A stretch of DNA of 52,997 bases, counting the filler, from Sphacelaria rigidula (taxonomy: Eukaryota): NCBI GenBank assembly GCA_964200075.2. It is 4 parts of 4 records of this genome, joined end to end, with 100 filler letters (N's around TTAATTAATTAA, not from the genome) between each part and the next. Parts side by side here need not be neighbours in the genome. Positions count along the whole stretch, not along the records: positions 26,551 to 39,724 come from CAXNAA020003094.1; 3 more parts are not named here. One strand, 5' to 3'. This document shows, piece after piece, positions 26,551 to 38,120 of the stretch. The notes beneath the pieces were generated by a model. It did no database searches, was not told where the DNA came from, and saw nothing but the letters and a program-made list of their open reading frames with translations. Each line of letters starts with the position of its first letter. Position 1 is the first letter of the stretch. Both the position numbers and the translations under genes were made by a program.

Positions 26551-26900
26551 AGGATGTGTTTCAGCACGCTTTTAACCAGAGGCAATTTCAGATGACTGGG
26601 GTTGTTCGTGGTGCAAAGGCAGAGGATCGTTCGTTGATCGTATTGGTCGACTGGGAAGGTTTTGAAGTCGAGGAGCGTACGTGGGAGCCTTTCAAAAACA
26701 TTTTCGAGGCAGCTCCGGAATTTCTCAAGAAGGAGTTGCGTAAGGTGCGAGTGACTCGTTCCATTGCTGCTCGCATTACGCGTGAGTTTGGGAATCAGTT
26801 GTGACTTGCTGAATCGTTTTGGCGTTAGTTTTCGGAGCGTCAAACGTGTTGCTCGATTCTCGTCCAACGCGCTTTGGGGGTGCTGTGGCGAAATCACGCC
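26551..26900 (+). mobile_element. 3' end of a Ty3/gypsy chromovirus-type pol (chromodomain, stop at 26804) and probable start of the 3' LTR at ~26884
   Basis: IVLVDWEGFEVEERTWEPFKNIFEAAPE matches chromodomain YLVKWxGy...TWEP..N; an intronless C-terminus is followed by a short G-run and TGTGGCG. The LTR end was not located. Confidence 0.7.
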
Positions 26901-27636
26901 GTCACCAGTGTTTCGCCGGGGATTTTGTTTTATTTTTTATAGCGAAATAGACGCCTCCGCGAGAAACGATTGATGATGGCAAATATCCTAATTTCGCCTC
27001 GAGCTTCCGCACACCTTGTGCCTGCAGCTGCGGACCTAAAGGCATCGCCCAAGTGGAAGGAGTGGGCTTGAAGACGGTCGAGGTGTGTTGATATACTCAA
27101 AAGCAAGTCCTCTCGCAAGTTGCACTGATAAGGGTGATGTCTCCTTGGAGCATTTGCAGAATCCGTGCAGCCTAAGGTGAAAATCACCCCACCCGTCGAC
27201 CCTCACCCCCGGTGCCATGGCAGAGCACGGCGCTCGCATGACGCCACCGGTAGAGGCTAGAAGGGTGCTTTTACCATGTAGAGAGGTCAATCTTTCCATA
27301 GCAAAAGGTTGCGTTGAAATCCATTGATGCCGCAAATGAAGCGCCGTGATTAAAGTTTGAAAACATTTATACCGTTTTCCGCACCGGTATATGGACCATC
27401 TGAACTGCCGTGTACCGCACCAACAGCACGTAGCAAGATAGAGCACACCACAGCGCAGCGCAGAACAGTACAGTTCATCACAGTACAATAATGTGCAGCA
27501 CAGCACAGCACAGCACAGTATAGTATGGTACAGTACAATACAGTACAGCAAAGGTCAGTGCAGTACACCGCAGTGTGCTGCCAGCGAAGTATATACTGTA
27601 GTAATAGCTTTGACCTGGAGGACGTTCACAGCAAGA

Positions 27637-27812
27637 AACAGGCAATGTTATGAAATGAGGCTGTACGATGGAATGAGGGTCAAGCCCAAAACAATGCTTC
27701 CCCCACACTTTCAGCGATGGTGCCTCGTGACGTTTTTGCCGGCCTAATACCCACTGATCGCGTTGCTACTTCTCCAGCGCATTTGACCGACTCTGTGAAT
27801 TTACGGCGCTGA
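27637..27812 (+). mobile_element. Terminal-repeat arm of family E upstream of the XPG-like ORF
   Basis: aacaggcaatgttatgaaatgagg...caagcccaaaaca...ccccacactt...gatcgcgt...cagcgc....accgactctgtg aligns with both arms of the 15138-15911 MITE. Confidence 0.75.
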
Positions 27813-28174
27813 CCGCAACCGTCATTATCCCTAATTTTTCAGGGGAGGTGATATGAGGGGGAATTGCTTGTTTCGAAGAAAACGCCATATATATAGTACA
27901 AGTCTGCATTGTAGCAATGTGATTGAGACGTTTGTACACCACTTCCTGCAAACAGCGGGGTCGTAACAATTCTACGGCTCGCGTTGTACACAAGCGAATG
28001 TACATCTCGCACTCAGTGTCTGTCCCGAGCAGAAGAAGGAGTTCAAGTTAGTGATCTGACACCCAGAATCAAATAAATAACGTCTGACGTGGATCGAGAT
28101 TTCCGGCGTTCATGTAGGCATGGATCCCGACTTCTCAATTTGAATGATATTTCAGTATCACGATAGGACGCCGC

Positions 28175-30833
28175 GGCCGCTACATTCGACAGCAAACATG
28201 TACCTCCGTCGCCACAGGAAACGAGAACATAAGAACGGCAGGGTAGATGAAACGGTCGATCAGAAGTGTAGGTGTTCAAATCCCCACCCGACCACCCCCC
28301 CTGAAGGATCCCCAGAGCTAACCCATGGGATGCAACGTCCGGGCGCCCACTGAGATGCCGCCTGGGGCACTCCGAGCGCCATATACGACACCAGAACCGA
28401 TCCCGAGGTGAGAGCATCTTCAATTCGCTATTGTGGTAACCCTGCGAGCTATCGGAGGTCAGGATCGCACGCTCCACACTGCTTTTTTTCAGGTGATGAC
28501 TGTGGCTTTCGAACCAAACCGAGGACGTGAGCAGGCCTGAGTAATATATATACTTCATATGTGCACAAGAACCCCCGACTCTGACTCTCGAAACGTTAAA
28601 TATAGCACAAAACTAAATTCTTGCACACATACGCCTTGTTGCATGTCATGCAAGCAGGTGGTGAAACCCTTGCGTATGTCCGTCTGTCGTCCCACCCGGC
28701 ACATCAGCTGCCTCAAGCGGAAGGGGGGAGAGGGGACCGGCGATGCCGCCGGCGTCAGCAAGTGCGGCATGTGGGCATTTAGACGACAGAGACATGGCAG
28801 AGGCAGCCCCGCGGATATACCTTGCGGCGGTGATGGGCCAGCGATCAAGCGGTACGACGTCGGCGCCGACGACGGCGCCGAGCACTAGTCTACGTGCCCG
28901 CGCAGGGGTTTCAAAGATTCCGCGGTCGTATCTTGCTGCGTTGACAGGCCGCGAGGGGGTGGAGAAAGCGGAGGCAGGAGACTCGCGCGCGCAAAGTGGC
29001 GCGCTTCCCATCCCTTCTCCTGGTCACCTGTTGTGGTGGCGTGATGGCAGTGGGCCTGACAGGAGTATCCAAAGCGCACCTGGACCCGGCGTAGGTGAGG
29101 GAGAGATGTCCACAGTCCATTTCATCATACACTCCGGAAGGTTCCTCGGGAAATCCCCGAAGAGGCGGCTGGTGACTTCCATCGACACTGATCAGTGGAT
29201 CATTGCACTTCTGGCGATGGCCTCCGGGTGTATCAAACCGCATGGCTCAGGCGCCGTGCTAGTCACTGTCAAACGCATCATGATTGGTGTCCCTCAGTAT
29301 ATACTGGTGAACCGGGTGTACAGTGCGATCGAGAATCTGAGGGGCGGGAGCGAGAGTGCTTGGCCGCCCGACGGCCAGTACGGTTGGCTGACACCATCAA
29401 TCAAGGTGGCACTGTTCGTTTTGACTTACCTGCTGGCCGGGTGCGAGTTTTTACCACATGTGTCCGGGATTCCTTTCCTGAAGATGTAGGATTTCGTTCT
29501 GAAGGCCATTCGCACGCCGAACCTCTTCACGAAAGCGATACTGGCGGACAAGGATGGGAGGCTCAGGGTGGAGATGGACGAGGGCGTGAAGCTGCTAGCC
29601 ACCGTTTTCGTTTTCAGGCACGAAAACGCTTTCTCGCAAGTTGCCACGGATCCGGGAATTCTGTTCACCCCGTGCGGACAGGACTTGGCGTCGTACGTGA
29701 ACAAGACCCGCCTGTGCATCATCACAGCGAATGGGCACCACCCTTCCCGCTGCTGCCCAGACTTGAACGCCTGTGAGAAGCACGTCAGTAAGTCCGATGC
29801 AGTGTTGGAATACTGGGGGGGAAGCTTCCTCCGCAGCATGCCCCCCGTAAACTTCAACGGACGCGGGTGGGGCATAGAGCCAGAAAAAAGGACTCACCAC
29901 AAGGGTGGTGTAAAAGCGTCGATACCAGCGGGGGCGGAGCTATCACGCGATAACATTGTGGTGTATTTGTCGAGTCACACATACGTCGACACTTCCGGAA
30001 ACGTGCAAGTACTCAGATGTACATGCAACCCAGAAAGGGCGGCGACAAAACACAGATGTCGGAGTTGCAGGTGTTTGGGCAACTGCACTCTGAGCTGCGG
30101 TTGCCAGGGTCGCTGCTTCCTGTCCCCGCCCCCTTCGCGAGCGGCCGCCGCGATTCCCGCTGAGGAAACCGGCGACGGACAGAGCGGTGCACGCGGCCGA
30201 TCGCGAGACGGGAGAAGCCGATCAAGATCGAAGCATGCAAGGGGCGGGTCGACTGCATCACGTGGAATGGGGGCGGCATCTCGAGCAAGCACCGCACCAG
30301 GTACACCTGTTGATGAGACTGATGGTGAGGAGCCTCGCTGTCGCGGCACCGGGAGGGAGGTGGTGGGGGGAGCGCAGTCGGGACCAGATCCAATGAGTGG
30401 AATCGATGGCGTAGATGGCCGTGCACGCGGCCGATCTCGCAAGGGGAAAGGCCGGTCCACAGTGAAGCATGCAAGGGGCGAGTCGGATGCATCCTGCGGA
30501 AGGGGCGCGGCAAGTGGAACGAGCAACGCGCCAGGGGCACCTGTTGATATGACCGATGGTGAGGGGCGTTACGGGCACGGCGGCGGGAGGCAGGGGGTAG
30601 GGTTGGCGCATCCAGTAGAAGAGCCCATCAGTGCCAACGTTTGCGACGGCGGATCAGATAAACCCGCCGGAGACAAGTCGAACTCTGCAGCCGGGATCTG
30701 GATCGGAGATTCGGATTCAGAATGCAGCGGGTCCGAGAGAGAGGACTCGGCAACGGAAGCGGGCCATGCAATGAGGAAGGGTTTTTGTTTTGATTCCAGT
30801 CTGTGGATAATATTGGGGTTGTTCTGTCTGTAG
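28175..30833 (+). pseudogene. Disrupted XPG/FEN1(PIN)-like nuclease with C-terminal Cys-rich (CXC/Cys8-like) finger, resembling the C-terminal half of an AcademX transposon protein
   Basis: One reading frame holds TFD...ERQGR (28182, with stops), GEGE and VTSIDTD (XPG-I acidic motifs), LLAGCEFLP (H3TH-like GCD), a single TAG at 29487 separating ORFs 28743-29489 and 29568-30833, CPDLNACEKHV..YW..GWG, and CTC-x11-CRSCRC-x3-CTLSCGCQGRC. Confidence 0.65.
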
Positions 30834-31889
30834 ATAGATTGCGCAAACGTTCCTGTACAATTCAAGTTTTTTTTTTTTTTCAGGCTGCAGTCGTGAGCTG
30901 TGTATCATGTACATGGCGATGATGATTCGTGCTTTTGCGGTGCACCGTGGGGTGCAATAGTGTATGGGGAGTGATCCGGCTACGCTCGTCAGCGAATCGC
31001 CTGTGGTGCATTAGGCTATATAGTAATGTAAATCAAGTGCATGTTTCAACGCAACACGACTGATCGGCGACGACACTATGGTATGCCAGTGAACATTTTG
31101 ACTTACCGTGCAGCACTACCCACGCTCGCGCCTCAACGCTATGGTGTTCGTGCAAGGAGAGAATCGCCGGGGATCATCCGTATCACTAGTGTGTTGAACA
31201 GTTGGACGAAAAATATAGGGTGGTGTTCTTCGTCACACTCTCGGCGATATCCCTGATCCTGCATCATCTGCACCGAACCGGAGGGTCGTGTCACCACTGG
31301 TCTTGCGCATCATACATCGGGTCGGTTTTTGGAACGTTTGATGTAAACCGTTTCTTATGGCAAACATAACATGTTGTACGACTGTTTTTTCCATTTATTT
31401 CTTCGATTTGGGCGTAGATGATGGCTGGGCGGATCTTGCCTCCTCCGTATGCCTCGCGTTCATCCTAAAAAAATCTATCGCGTCACATAAACGTTTTCAG
31501 GCGCTTGTGTCTTGTTTGTTTTGCTGAAGTTGTGTGTCCGTGCTCGAACTATGAGCATCAGTCGAGTCCAGAATATATTGGTGGTCAGGTGTAAAAAACC
31601 ATGACAGTCATCACCTCGTGTCGACCATTTTTATACTAAATGCCTGTCCAGTCGAACACAAATCTGCGGCCACCGGAAAATGCGAACGTGATACGGGTTG
31701 TTCCCCCGGTCTTGACCACTCTGACAGAAGAGTGTATGTGGAAATGAAATAACCTGCCACTACTCAAAACAAATCTTCCTGGAGTATTGTATTTCCTAAA
31801 GGTACAGGAAGCCATTAGAACCTGTCAGTACTCCCCTCGCTCCCTTTAGGGTGCGAAATAACATAGACGAACAATAAAAAATAGAGCTG

Positions 31890-32444
31890 CAAGCTGGGCC
31901 AGCAGTAAATCCCGCATTCGTATGTCACACCATAAGTTATCAAATTTACCAAATCAGCCCGTGGTATCGGACGGGACCGCCGCTGAATGAAAAAAATAAT
32001 GTACTACGAATCACCTTACCGAAGGAACAGAAAAAAAAGGAATCCATTGGGATTCGAAGTCGTGACGTCCATAACTGGCGTCAACTGTATCACATGGATT
32101 GAATGGGCGCGGCCGCGCCACACGAAAAGTTGGATGCTGCGCCAAATTTCTTGAAGTCTTGGCCGCAATTGCAGCAGGATCTCCTCCGGTGAAGGAGGCA
32201 ACAACCACAGTAGAGATGCCCACGTGTTTCTATTTTTTTCGCGGAGTTCAAGTATTGTTTTAGTTTTTGAAAAAACTTCAAATCGCTTTAACTGCACAAT
32301 TTTTTCTCCTTGGCATCCACGGAAAAGGTGTGTGTAGTGAGTGACGATGAAAATGTTGTGTTAATGTTTTAGCGCCCAACGCTTCGAATTACCCACCGCC
32401 CGGCCCGGGTACATTCGCGAATCACTGTCAGCTGGCCCAGCTCG
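31890..32444 (-). mobile_element. Non-autonomous TIR element family C, copy 2
   Basis: Ends CAAGCTGGGCCAG ... CTGGCCCAGCTCG; interior homologous to 12365-12949 in opposite orientation; flanks are TG/CA rather than TA. Confidence 0.7.
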
Positions 32445-33684
32445 CATACTATTTTTTTGCGTTGTTTGTTTGCCATGAGAACTGACTTTGGAGGTGGAGG
32501 GGTCACGGCTTCGCTGGCGACAGCATGCGTGTGTGTGTACGCCACGTTTTGGGAAGCGTTCTCGCGCGCCACCGCAGCTATAATGCCGTGCATATATTTC
32601 AACCATCTTCTCTGCTGACAGGCAACGCTGTTGTTTCGACGGAAACGTGTGGGAGAAAATATCTAAGACGACGAACACACCTAAATGCGGCGCAATTCCC
32701 CCCGGCTTATTTTGGACACCGGCTTCCCTTGTATAGGATACGCTTTTCCACCGCATCTCATGATTCCCAGCACCCCGCACTGAGATGGCAATATCTCGAT
32801 ACACACAGCAGCTGCAGCAACAAATCAAATTGCTCTGTTTAGCTAAGACGCATATCTATCAGCCCTCGAAGTCGCGGCTGCGCAAATTCTTGCCGCAGAT
32901 AAAAATGTTGATGTTTAGTGACGTTCATCTATTGCAATTTTCGCACGATACCGAGAACTACTCGTTGCAATTTTGATGCCAAACGAGAGCTATTGGCAAT
33001 CATAACCTGTCTGTTGAGTTTCAGCTAGCTGCCATTCGTGCACAGCAAGTTATCTGCGATCGCGTGTAGGTCGGCCATATTGGAAAATGACTTTTCGGCT
33101 TGTACAGATTTCCATGGCTTTTCCCCCGGTTATCCGTTGATCGTTCGTTTGCTGTAGTGGATGGAATTGAAATGGACTTCGACGGAGGGGTAGCATGGGA
33201 CGAGTACTACAGCTGTGCATCAGCATAGGTGTCATTTCTCTGACCTATCGACTTATGTCACTTCATCAAGTCGCTTTTGGGGGGTGGTGGTGAAAAACGT
33301 GGCACTAAACTGGGCGAAACACTGGTCACGGTTGAGTATATAGTAGATTCTGGATGATGACCAGAGGACAAGGACATCCTTTGGATGATGACCCTTGCTC
33401 TGTAGCCCACGCTTGTGGCACGGGGCTGCAGATGTTTACTGAGATAATGATGAAGTGTTATGAAGGCTGACAACTAAGACCTTGAGGCCAGTGGAGCTGG
33501 GGAGTCCCTTATGAGCATTAGACGCTGCAGTGCTGGCAACCTGCTAGCGTCACAGCTCTCGTCTGTTGGCCTTCTGTCTATGTTAGGCAGTGATCTGTGG
33601 TTCTCACGTCCTCCGCGCACACAAGTACTTCCATTTCTTCACTATTGCCATGCTATACCACTATTTAGTCAAGAACGGAGCAAT

Positions 33685-35904
33685 CTATCTTTCCTTTAGC
33701 ATTGCTTCGTCCATGTCCATTGCGCTTCTGGCTTTGGAGGACATGTTCAGTTCTAATTTAACGTCGGTTCCGTCGTTCTCAGACATTACATTATCCTCGG
33801 CTGTCACGTTAAGTACCGGCTGCACTTGAGCCGTCCGACGAAGCCGCTTCGTGTTCCTTCCATTGGTGATGCTAACAGTACAACTTCGGCTTCTGATAGT
33901 CCTGCTAGAGCTGCCAAGGTCCATGCTGTCGTAACTGCTGGGTTGCGCAGCAACTAAGTTGCTACTTCGTATCCCCTTGAAACCTCGCGCGGGCGCAACA
34001 GCGTCCTCCATTTTGATTTCCATGCGCATCTCTGCCCCACCTATAGTAACCCTATCTACTACCGCCGCGCCGGGGTGCTGTCTCGGGGGGGCAGGCGGCG
34101 TAGTCGTGGGATTTGCGCTCCGTCGCCTTTCGTGGATGACAAGCGAGTTGCAACGAGAATCAGCGTTACGACCATCATCGTTCGTGGTGGGACCGGCATC
34201 CAGTGGATGCCCGGATTTTTCACATCCATCATCCATACCAACGCCAGCCTCTCCCGTGACAACGCCAGCCTCTCCCGTGACAAAGTCACCACTCGCTGGG
34301 TTTTCTTCTCGGAAATGTCCCATGGGATCAGACCATATCACTAAATCACATGCAGCACCGCGGTAGCTATTCCCGTGATCCCGAACCAGGTTAGAATGAT
34401 GCTGCGAGGCGCATTCATCGCCGTCCACAAAGATCATTCCTGTGCGGGCGTGTGTGGTGCAGAACTCCGCCTTCCTACCACCTGCATCGAATGATGGTCG
34501 TGAAGAGCAGCCCTCCCCGCCGCACTGCGTGCTCTTCACATCTACCATGCCCGCACCGACGTGTGTCGCGCAGAATTCCGCCTTGCTGCTGCCGGCTGCA
34601 CCGAACGATGGTATTGCGGAACAGCCCTCCTCGCCGCACCGCTTACTTTTCACATCGACCATGCCTGCTTGGGCGTGCGCGGCGCAGAACTCCACCTTCC
34701 TGCAACCGGCTGAACCGGACGATGGTAGAGTGGAGCAGCCCTCCCTGCCGCACCGCTTGCTTTTCACATCGACCATGCCCGCTCGGGCGTGTGCGGCGCA
34801 GAACTCCGCCTTCCTGCTACCGGCTGCACCGAACGACGGGTATTTGGAGCAGCCCTCCTTGCTGCACCGCTTTTTCTTCACATTGACCATGCCCGCTCGG
34901 GCGTGCGCGGCGCAGAACTCCACCTTCCTGCTACTGGCTGTACCGAACGTTGGATGTTTGGAGCAGCCCTCCTCGCTGCACCGCTTGTTCTTCACATTGA
35001 CCATGCCCGCTCGGGCGTGCGCGGCGCAGAACTCCACCTTCCTGCTACCGGCTGCAGCGAACGTTGGGTGTTTGGAGCAGCCCTCCTTGCCGCACTGCTT
35101 CTTCTCCACATTGACCATACCCCCGAAGGCGTGTGCGGCGCAGAACTCCTCCTTCCTGCTACCGGCTGCACCGAACGACGGGTATTTGGAGCAGCCCTCC
35201 TTGCTGCACCGCTTTTTCTTCACATCGACCATACCCCCGAGGGCGTGCGCGGCGCAGAACTCCGCCTTCCTGCTACTGGCTGTACCGAACGTTGGGTGTT
35301 TGGAGCAGCCCTCCTTGCTGCACAGCTTGTTATTCACATTGACCATGCCCGCTCGGGCGTGCGCGGCGCAGAACTCCACCTTCCTGCTACTGGCTGTACC
35401 GAACGTTGGGTGTTTGGAGCAGCCCTCCTTGCTGCACTGCTTCTTCTTCACATTGACCATGCCCCCGAGGGCGTGTGCGGCGCAGAACTCCACCTTCGTG
35501 CTACCGGCTGCACCGAACGATGGGTATTTGGAGCAGCCCTCCTTGCTGCACCGCTTGCTTGTCATACCGACCATGCCCGCTCGGGCGTGCGCGGCGCAGA
35601 ACTCCGCCTTCCTGCTACCGGCCGCACCGAACGATGGGTATTTGGAGCAGCCCTCCTTGCTGCACCGCTTGCCTTTCGCATTGACCATGCCCGCTCGGGC
35701 GTGCGCGGCGCAGAACTCCTTCTTCCTGCTACCGGCTGTACCAAACGTTGGGTGTTTGGAGCAGCCCTCCTTGCTGCACTGCTTCTTCTTCACATTGACC
35801 ATGCCCACTCGGGCGTGTTTGGTGCAGAATTCTGCCGTCCTGCTACCCGCTATGCCCAATGACGCTCCCGTGGTGCAACTCCTGCGGATGCACACTCCAG
35901 GCAT
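33685..35904 (-). CDS. EsV-1-7 repeat protein with 13 tandem ~38-aa C-x4-C-x16-C-x2-H units and a low-complexity C-terminal tail
   Basis: Uninterrupted ORF; unit consensus GMVNVKKKRCSKEGCSKxPxFGxAGSRKxEFCAAHARA is typical of the EsV-1-7 motif. First ATG at 35904; a pyrimidine-rich AG acceptor at 35921-35922 suggests an upstream exon, so the true start is uncertain. Confidence 0.9.
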   Translation of the reverse strand: MPGVCIRRSCTTGASLGIAGSRTAEFCTKHARVGMVNVKKKQCSKEGCSKHPTFGTAGSRKKEFCAAHARAGMVNAKGKRCSKEGCSKYPSFGAAGSRKAEFCAAHARAGMVGMTSKRCSKEGCSKYPSFGAAGSTKVEFCAAHALGGMVNVKKKQCSKEGCSKHPTFGTASSRKVEFCAAHARAGMVNVNNKLCSKEGCSKHPTFGTASSRKAEFCAAHALGGMVDVKKKRCSKEGCSKYPSFGAAGSRKEEFCAAHAFGGMVNVEKKQCGKEGCSKHPTFAAAGSRKVEFCAAHARAGMVNVKNKRCSEEGCSKHPTFGTASSRKVEFCAAHARAGMVNVKKKRCSKEGCSKYPSFGAAGSRKAEFCAAHARAGMVDVKSKRCGREGCSTLPSSGSAGCRKVEFCAAHAQAGMVDVKSKRCGEEGCSAIPSFGAAGSSKAEFCATHVGAGMVDVKSTQCGGEGCSSRPSFDAGGRKAEFCTTHARTGMIFVDGDECASQHHSNLVRDHGNSYRGAACDLVIWSDPMGHFREENPASGDFVTGEAGVVTGEAGVGMDDGCEKSGHPLDAGPTTNDDGRNADSRCNSLVIHERRRSANPTTTPPAPPRQHPGAAVVDRVTIGGAEMRMEIKMEDAVAPARGFKGIRSSNLVAAQPSSYDSMDLGSSSRTIRSRSCTVSITNGRNTKRLRRTAQVQPVLNVTAEDNVMSENDGTDVKLELNMSSKARSAMDMDEAMLKER

Positions 35905-37349
35905 CTCCTTCACGACCGCACTAGAGAAGGGACAAGGACGCGGTAGTTTCCGCTGCTGTTGCTGCTGCTGCTACAGCCCGCACTGCAAAAGACTCGTTCA
36001 CGACACCCGCTGACCAGTTCAGAAGCGTCCTGCACCAATAAACCAGGAAAGAGAATCTTAGGGCGTGCTCATGTGAAAGATAGGTGACCTGTCATCATAG
36101 TTTATCGGTCGCATATCGGCACGTGAGATGGGAGAGAACTGACACATCAACTGTTGAGTTAGCAGGCGAAAGAGATACCCATTGCAATGAGAAGCGTAGT
36201 GTCGATACGTGTTTTTGCAGCGCGGAGGGCATGGCTGAAGCAAAGGGAGAAGTGCCGAAGTCTGAAGATGCACAGAAGTCTAGGGTATCGAGGACGCTGG
36301 TATGATTTCTCCACCCATCCGATTTACGTGACGCACGACGCGCATGCGATTATTTTGTCCTGTGCACCTCATATCGGGGTCACAGGCTGGATGAACCATC
36401 CGTTCCTGTAAGTGATACTCCTCAGCATTTCAACGATTGATGACGAAAGCTTACACCAGGCAGATGGTGATGTGGAGGAGGGCAGCACACGCCGATTAAT
36501 GACGTTTCCAGCGTACTGCCATGCGCTGCTGGGAGACACCACCTTATCCCGTGTGGGTGCGCAAAGGGTGTTCTACGCGAAGTATGGTGGCGGTGGCCAC
36601 TGGCAGGTTGGTTGTGCATACTACAGCACCCACCATACGACACTAGCCAGGCGGCATGATGATAGCCAGCTGTCCCTACACCAGTTGTCCCTGTCACCAC
36701 CTGCTGAAACAAGACAGACCTTTGAACTAGGGGGGACTGTGGAAATGCACCCCTCTCGAAAACTGGTATTACTTCGGTGATATATACCTTGCCTGAGGAG
36801 TGTGAGCATTGATACCTGAAATGCATTCACTAAACGGGATGGACTTAAAGGAGCTCGCTGAGTGTTGGGCTCGGAAATACTCTGATGCGTCGCCTCGGTA
36901 TAGCAACGAGGGATCTTGCACATACTTTCACCAACCGGCACCCTGGGGCACAAGCTATTGGCACGACACAAGACAGGGGTTATCGACGGGCCATGCGGTG
37001 AACGTCCGGAGGTGTTGATCTTCAGGGACTCAGATAGCTGTGGCCCGTGCGTCCATTTCCGACGTGATGCAGCATAGAAGCACAGAGCTTGGTGTAATTG
37101 GCAGTCACTGTGCTCTGGGCAAACAGGTTTATTGCTTGGATACGCAAGGCACGAACAACACCATAGCGTGCCATACTATTCAGAGGCAAGCAATCGGCGC
37201 CTCACATATTCGGGGTACAGCAGGAATGACGTTCAGGGCAATGAAACGGGTCTCGAAGATGAGTACGCGGAGTTGTCAGGGATGATATATGCTACAAGAC
37301 AATGACGAATCCAACAGTATTTCTCGTTGAGCCTCGTGTAGAATAAAAC

Positions 37350-38120
37350 GGGGTGTCGTGCAAATCGAGAACGAAGCGATGATCAAATCAATTCACCAGC
37401 AGGAATTGTTTTCAAAACATCCTGATTTGAGCTACTTTTGGGGACACGCACAAGAAAGCTGCTACCTTGAGAAAGGAGAGACGGACGTCAACAACAGGTG
37501 GGGAACAAACTTACGCGTGAAGACGGACCTTCAGGAAGAGCTATGGAAAGACGAACATACGAACGTGATGACACAAACGGTACAAAACGGCATCGCAGAT
37601 TTCATTGCATGGATTGATGTGCTGGAGGTACTTGGCCGATGGCTGAAGTGAGCCTTGTAGTGGGACTTTGAGCAAGATCATACGAACCAAGCGAGGTCGT
37701 CGTTGCCCGGAATGTGTTCCGCAGATCAATGAACTTTTTGCTGGTTTACGCACAAATACGCGAATATACCATACTACGGAAACGAAAATTCGTACGCATT
37801 CACAATTGAAATCGTATCGCGAATCTCTGTCACCGTGTCGTGCCGTATCGTAAAACAGATTATGTGTACTACGTAATGCCAGGCGGTGGATAACACATAC
37901 CATACAGGGCAGATCTCGGTAAAGACCCCGTGCCCCACGATGAACTCGCCTCCGAAGACGCGCGGCAATTGTACCATGTGTGGTCCAAGGTGCAAATGAC
38001 ACCCCAAACTGTGAATTGATTTATCGCAATAATCATGTACTAGTGGTAAGCCACGGCTAACGCGCGTGGCAGCAGTGCCGCAGGTATCAACACGATGGGT
38101 CTCATACACGTGGGAGGCTT
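37350..38120 (+). mobile_element. Probable degenerate Ty1/Copia integrase relic
   Basis: SYFWGH, LRVKTDLQEE (cf. RLRTDNGGE), EHT...VQNGIAD (cf. PQQNGVAE) and YTWE (cf. RDVTW) occur in the expected order, with many stops. Confidence 0.45.

Noticed and set aside
29487-29489. Stop-codon readthrough or alternative genetic code
   Set aside because: Further stops upstream in the same frame and a GCE in place of GCD point to decay; the intact EsV-1-7 ORF itself ends in TAG.
32998-33015. Candidate right terminus of the Academ-like element (reverse complement aacagacaggttatga)
   Set aside because: Only ~16 bp resemble the left arm and the flanks (aaga vs gagt) give no TSD.
33685-35913. Integrated phaeovirus (giant virus) segment
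   Set aside because: No other viral hallmark genes nearby; flanks are TE relics and there is a spliceosomal-type acceptor, which fits a host-family gene.
34442-36013. 523-aa and 357-aa plus-strand ORFs
   Set aside because: Antisense shadows of the 114-bp repeat array; the minus-strand frame has the recognisable EsV-1-7 motif.
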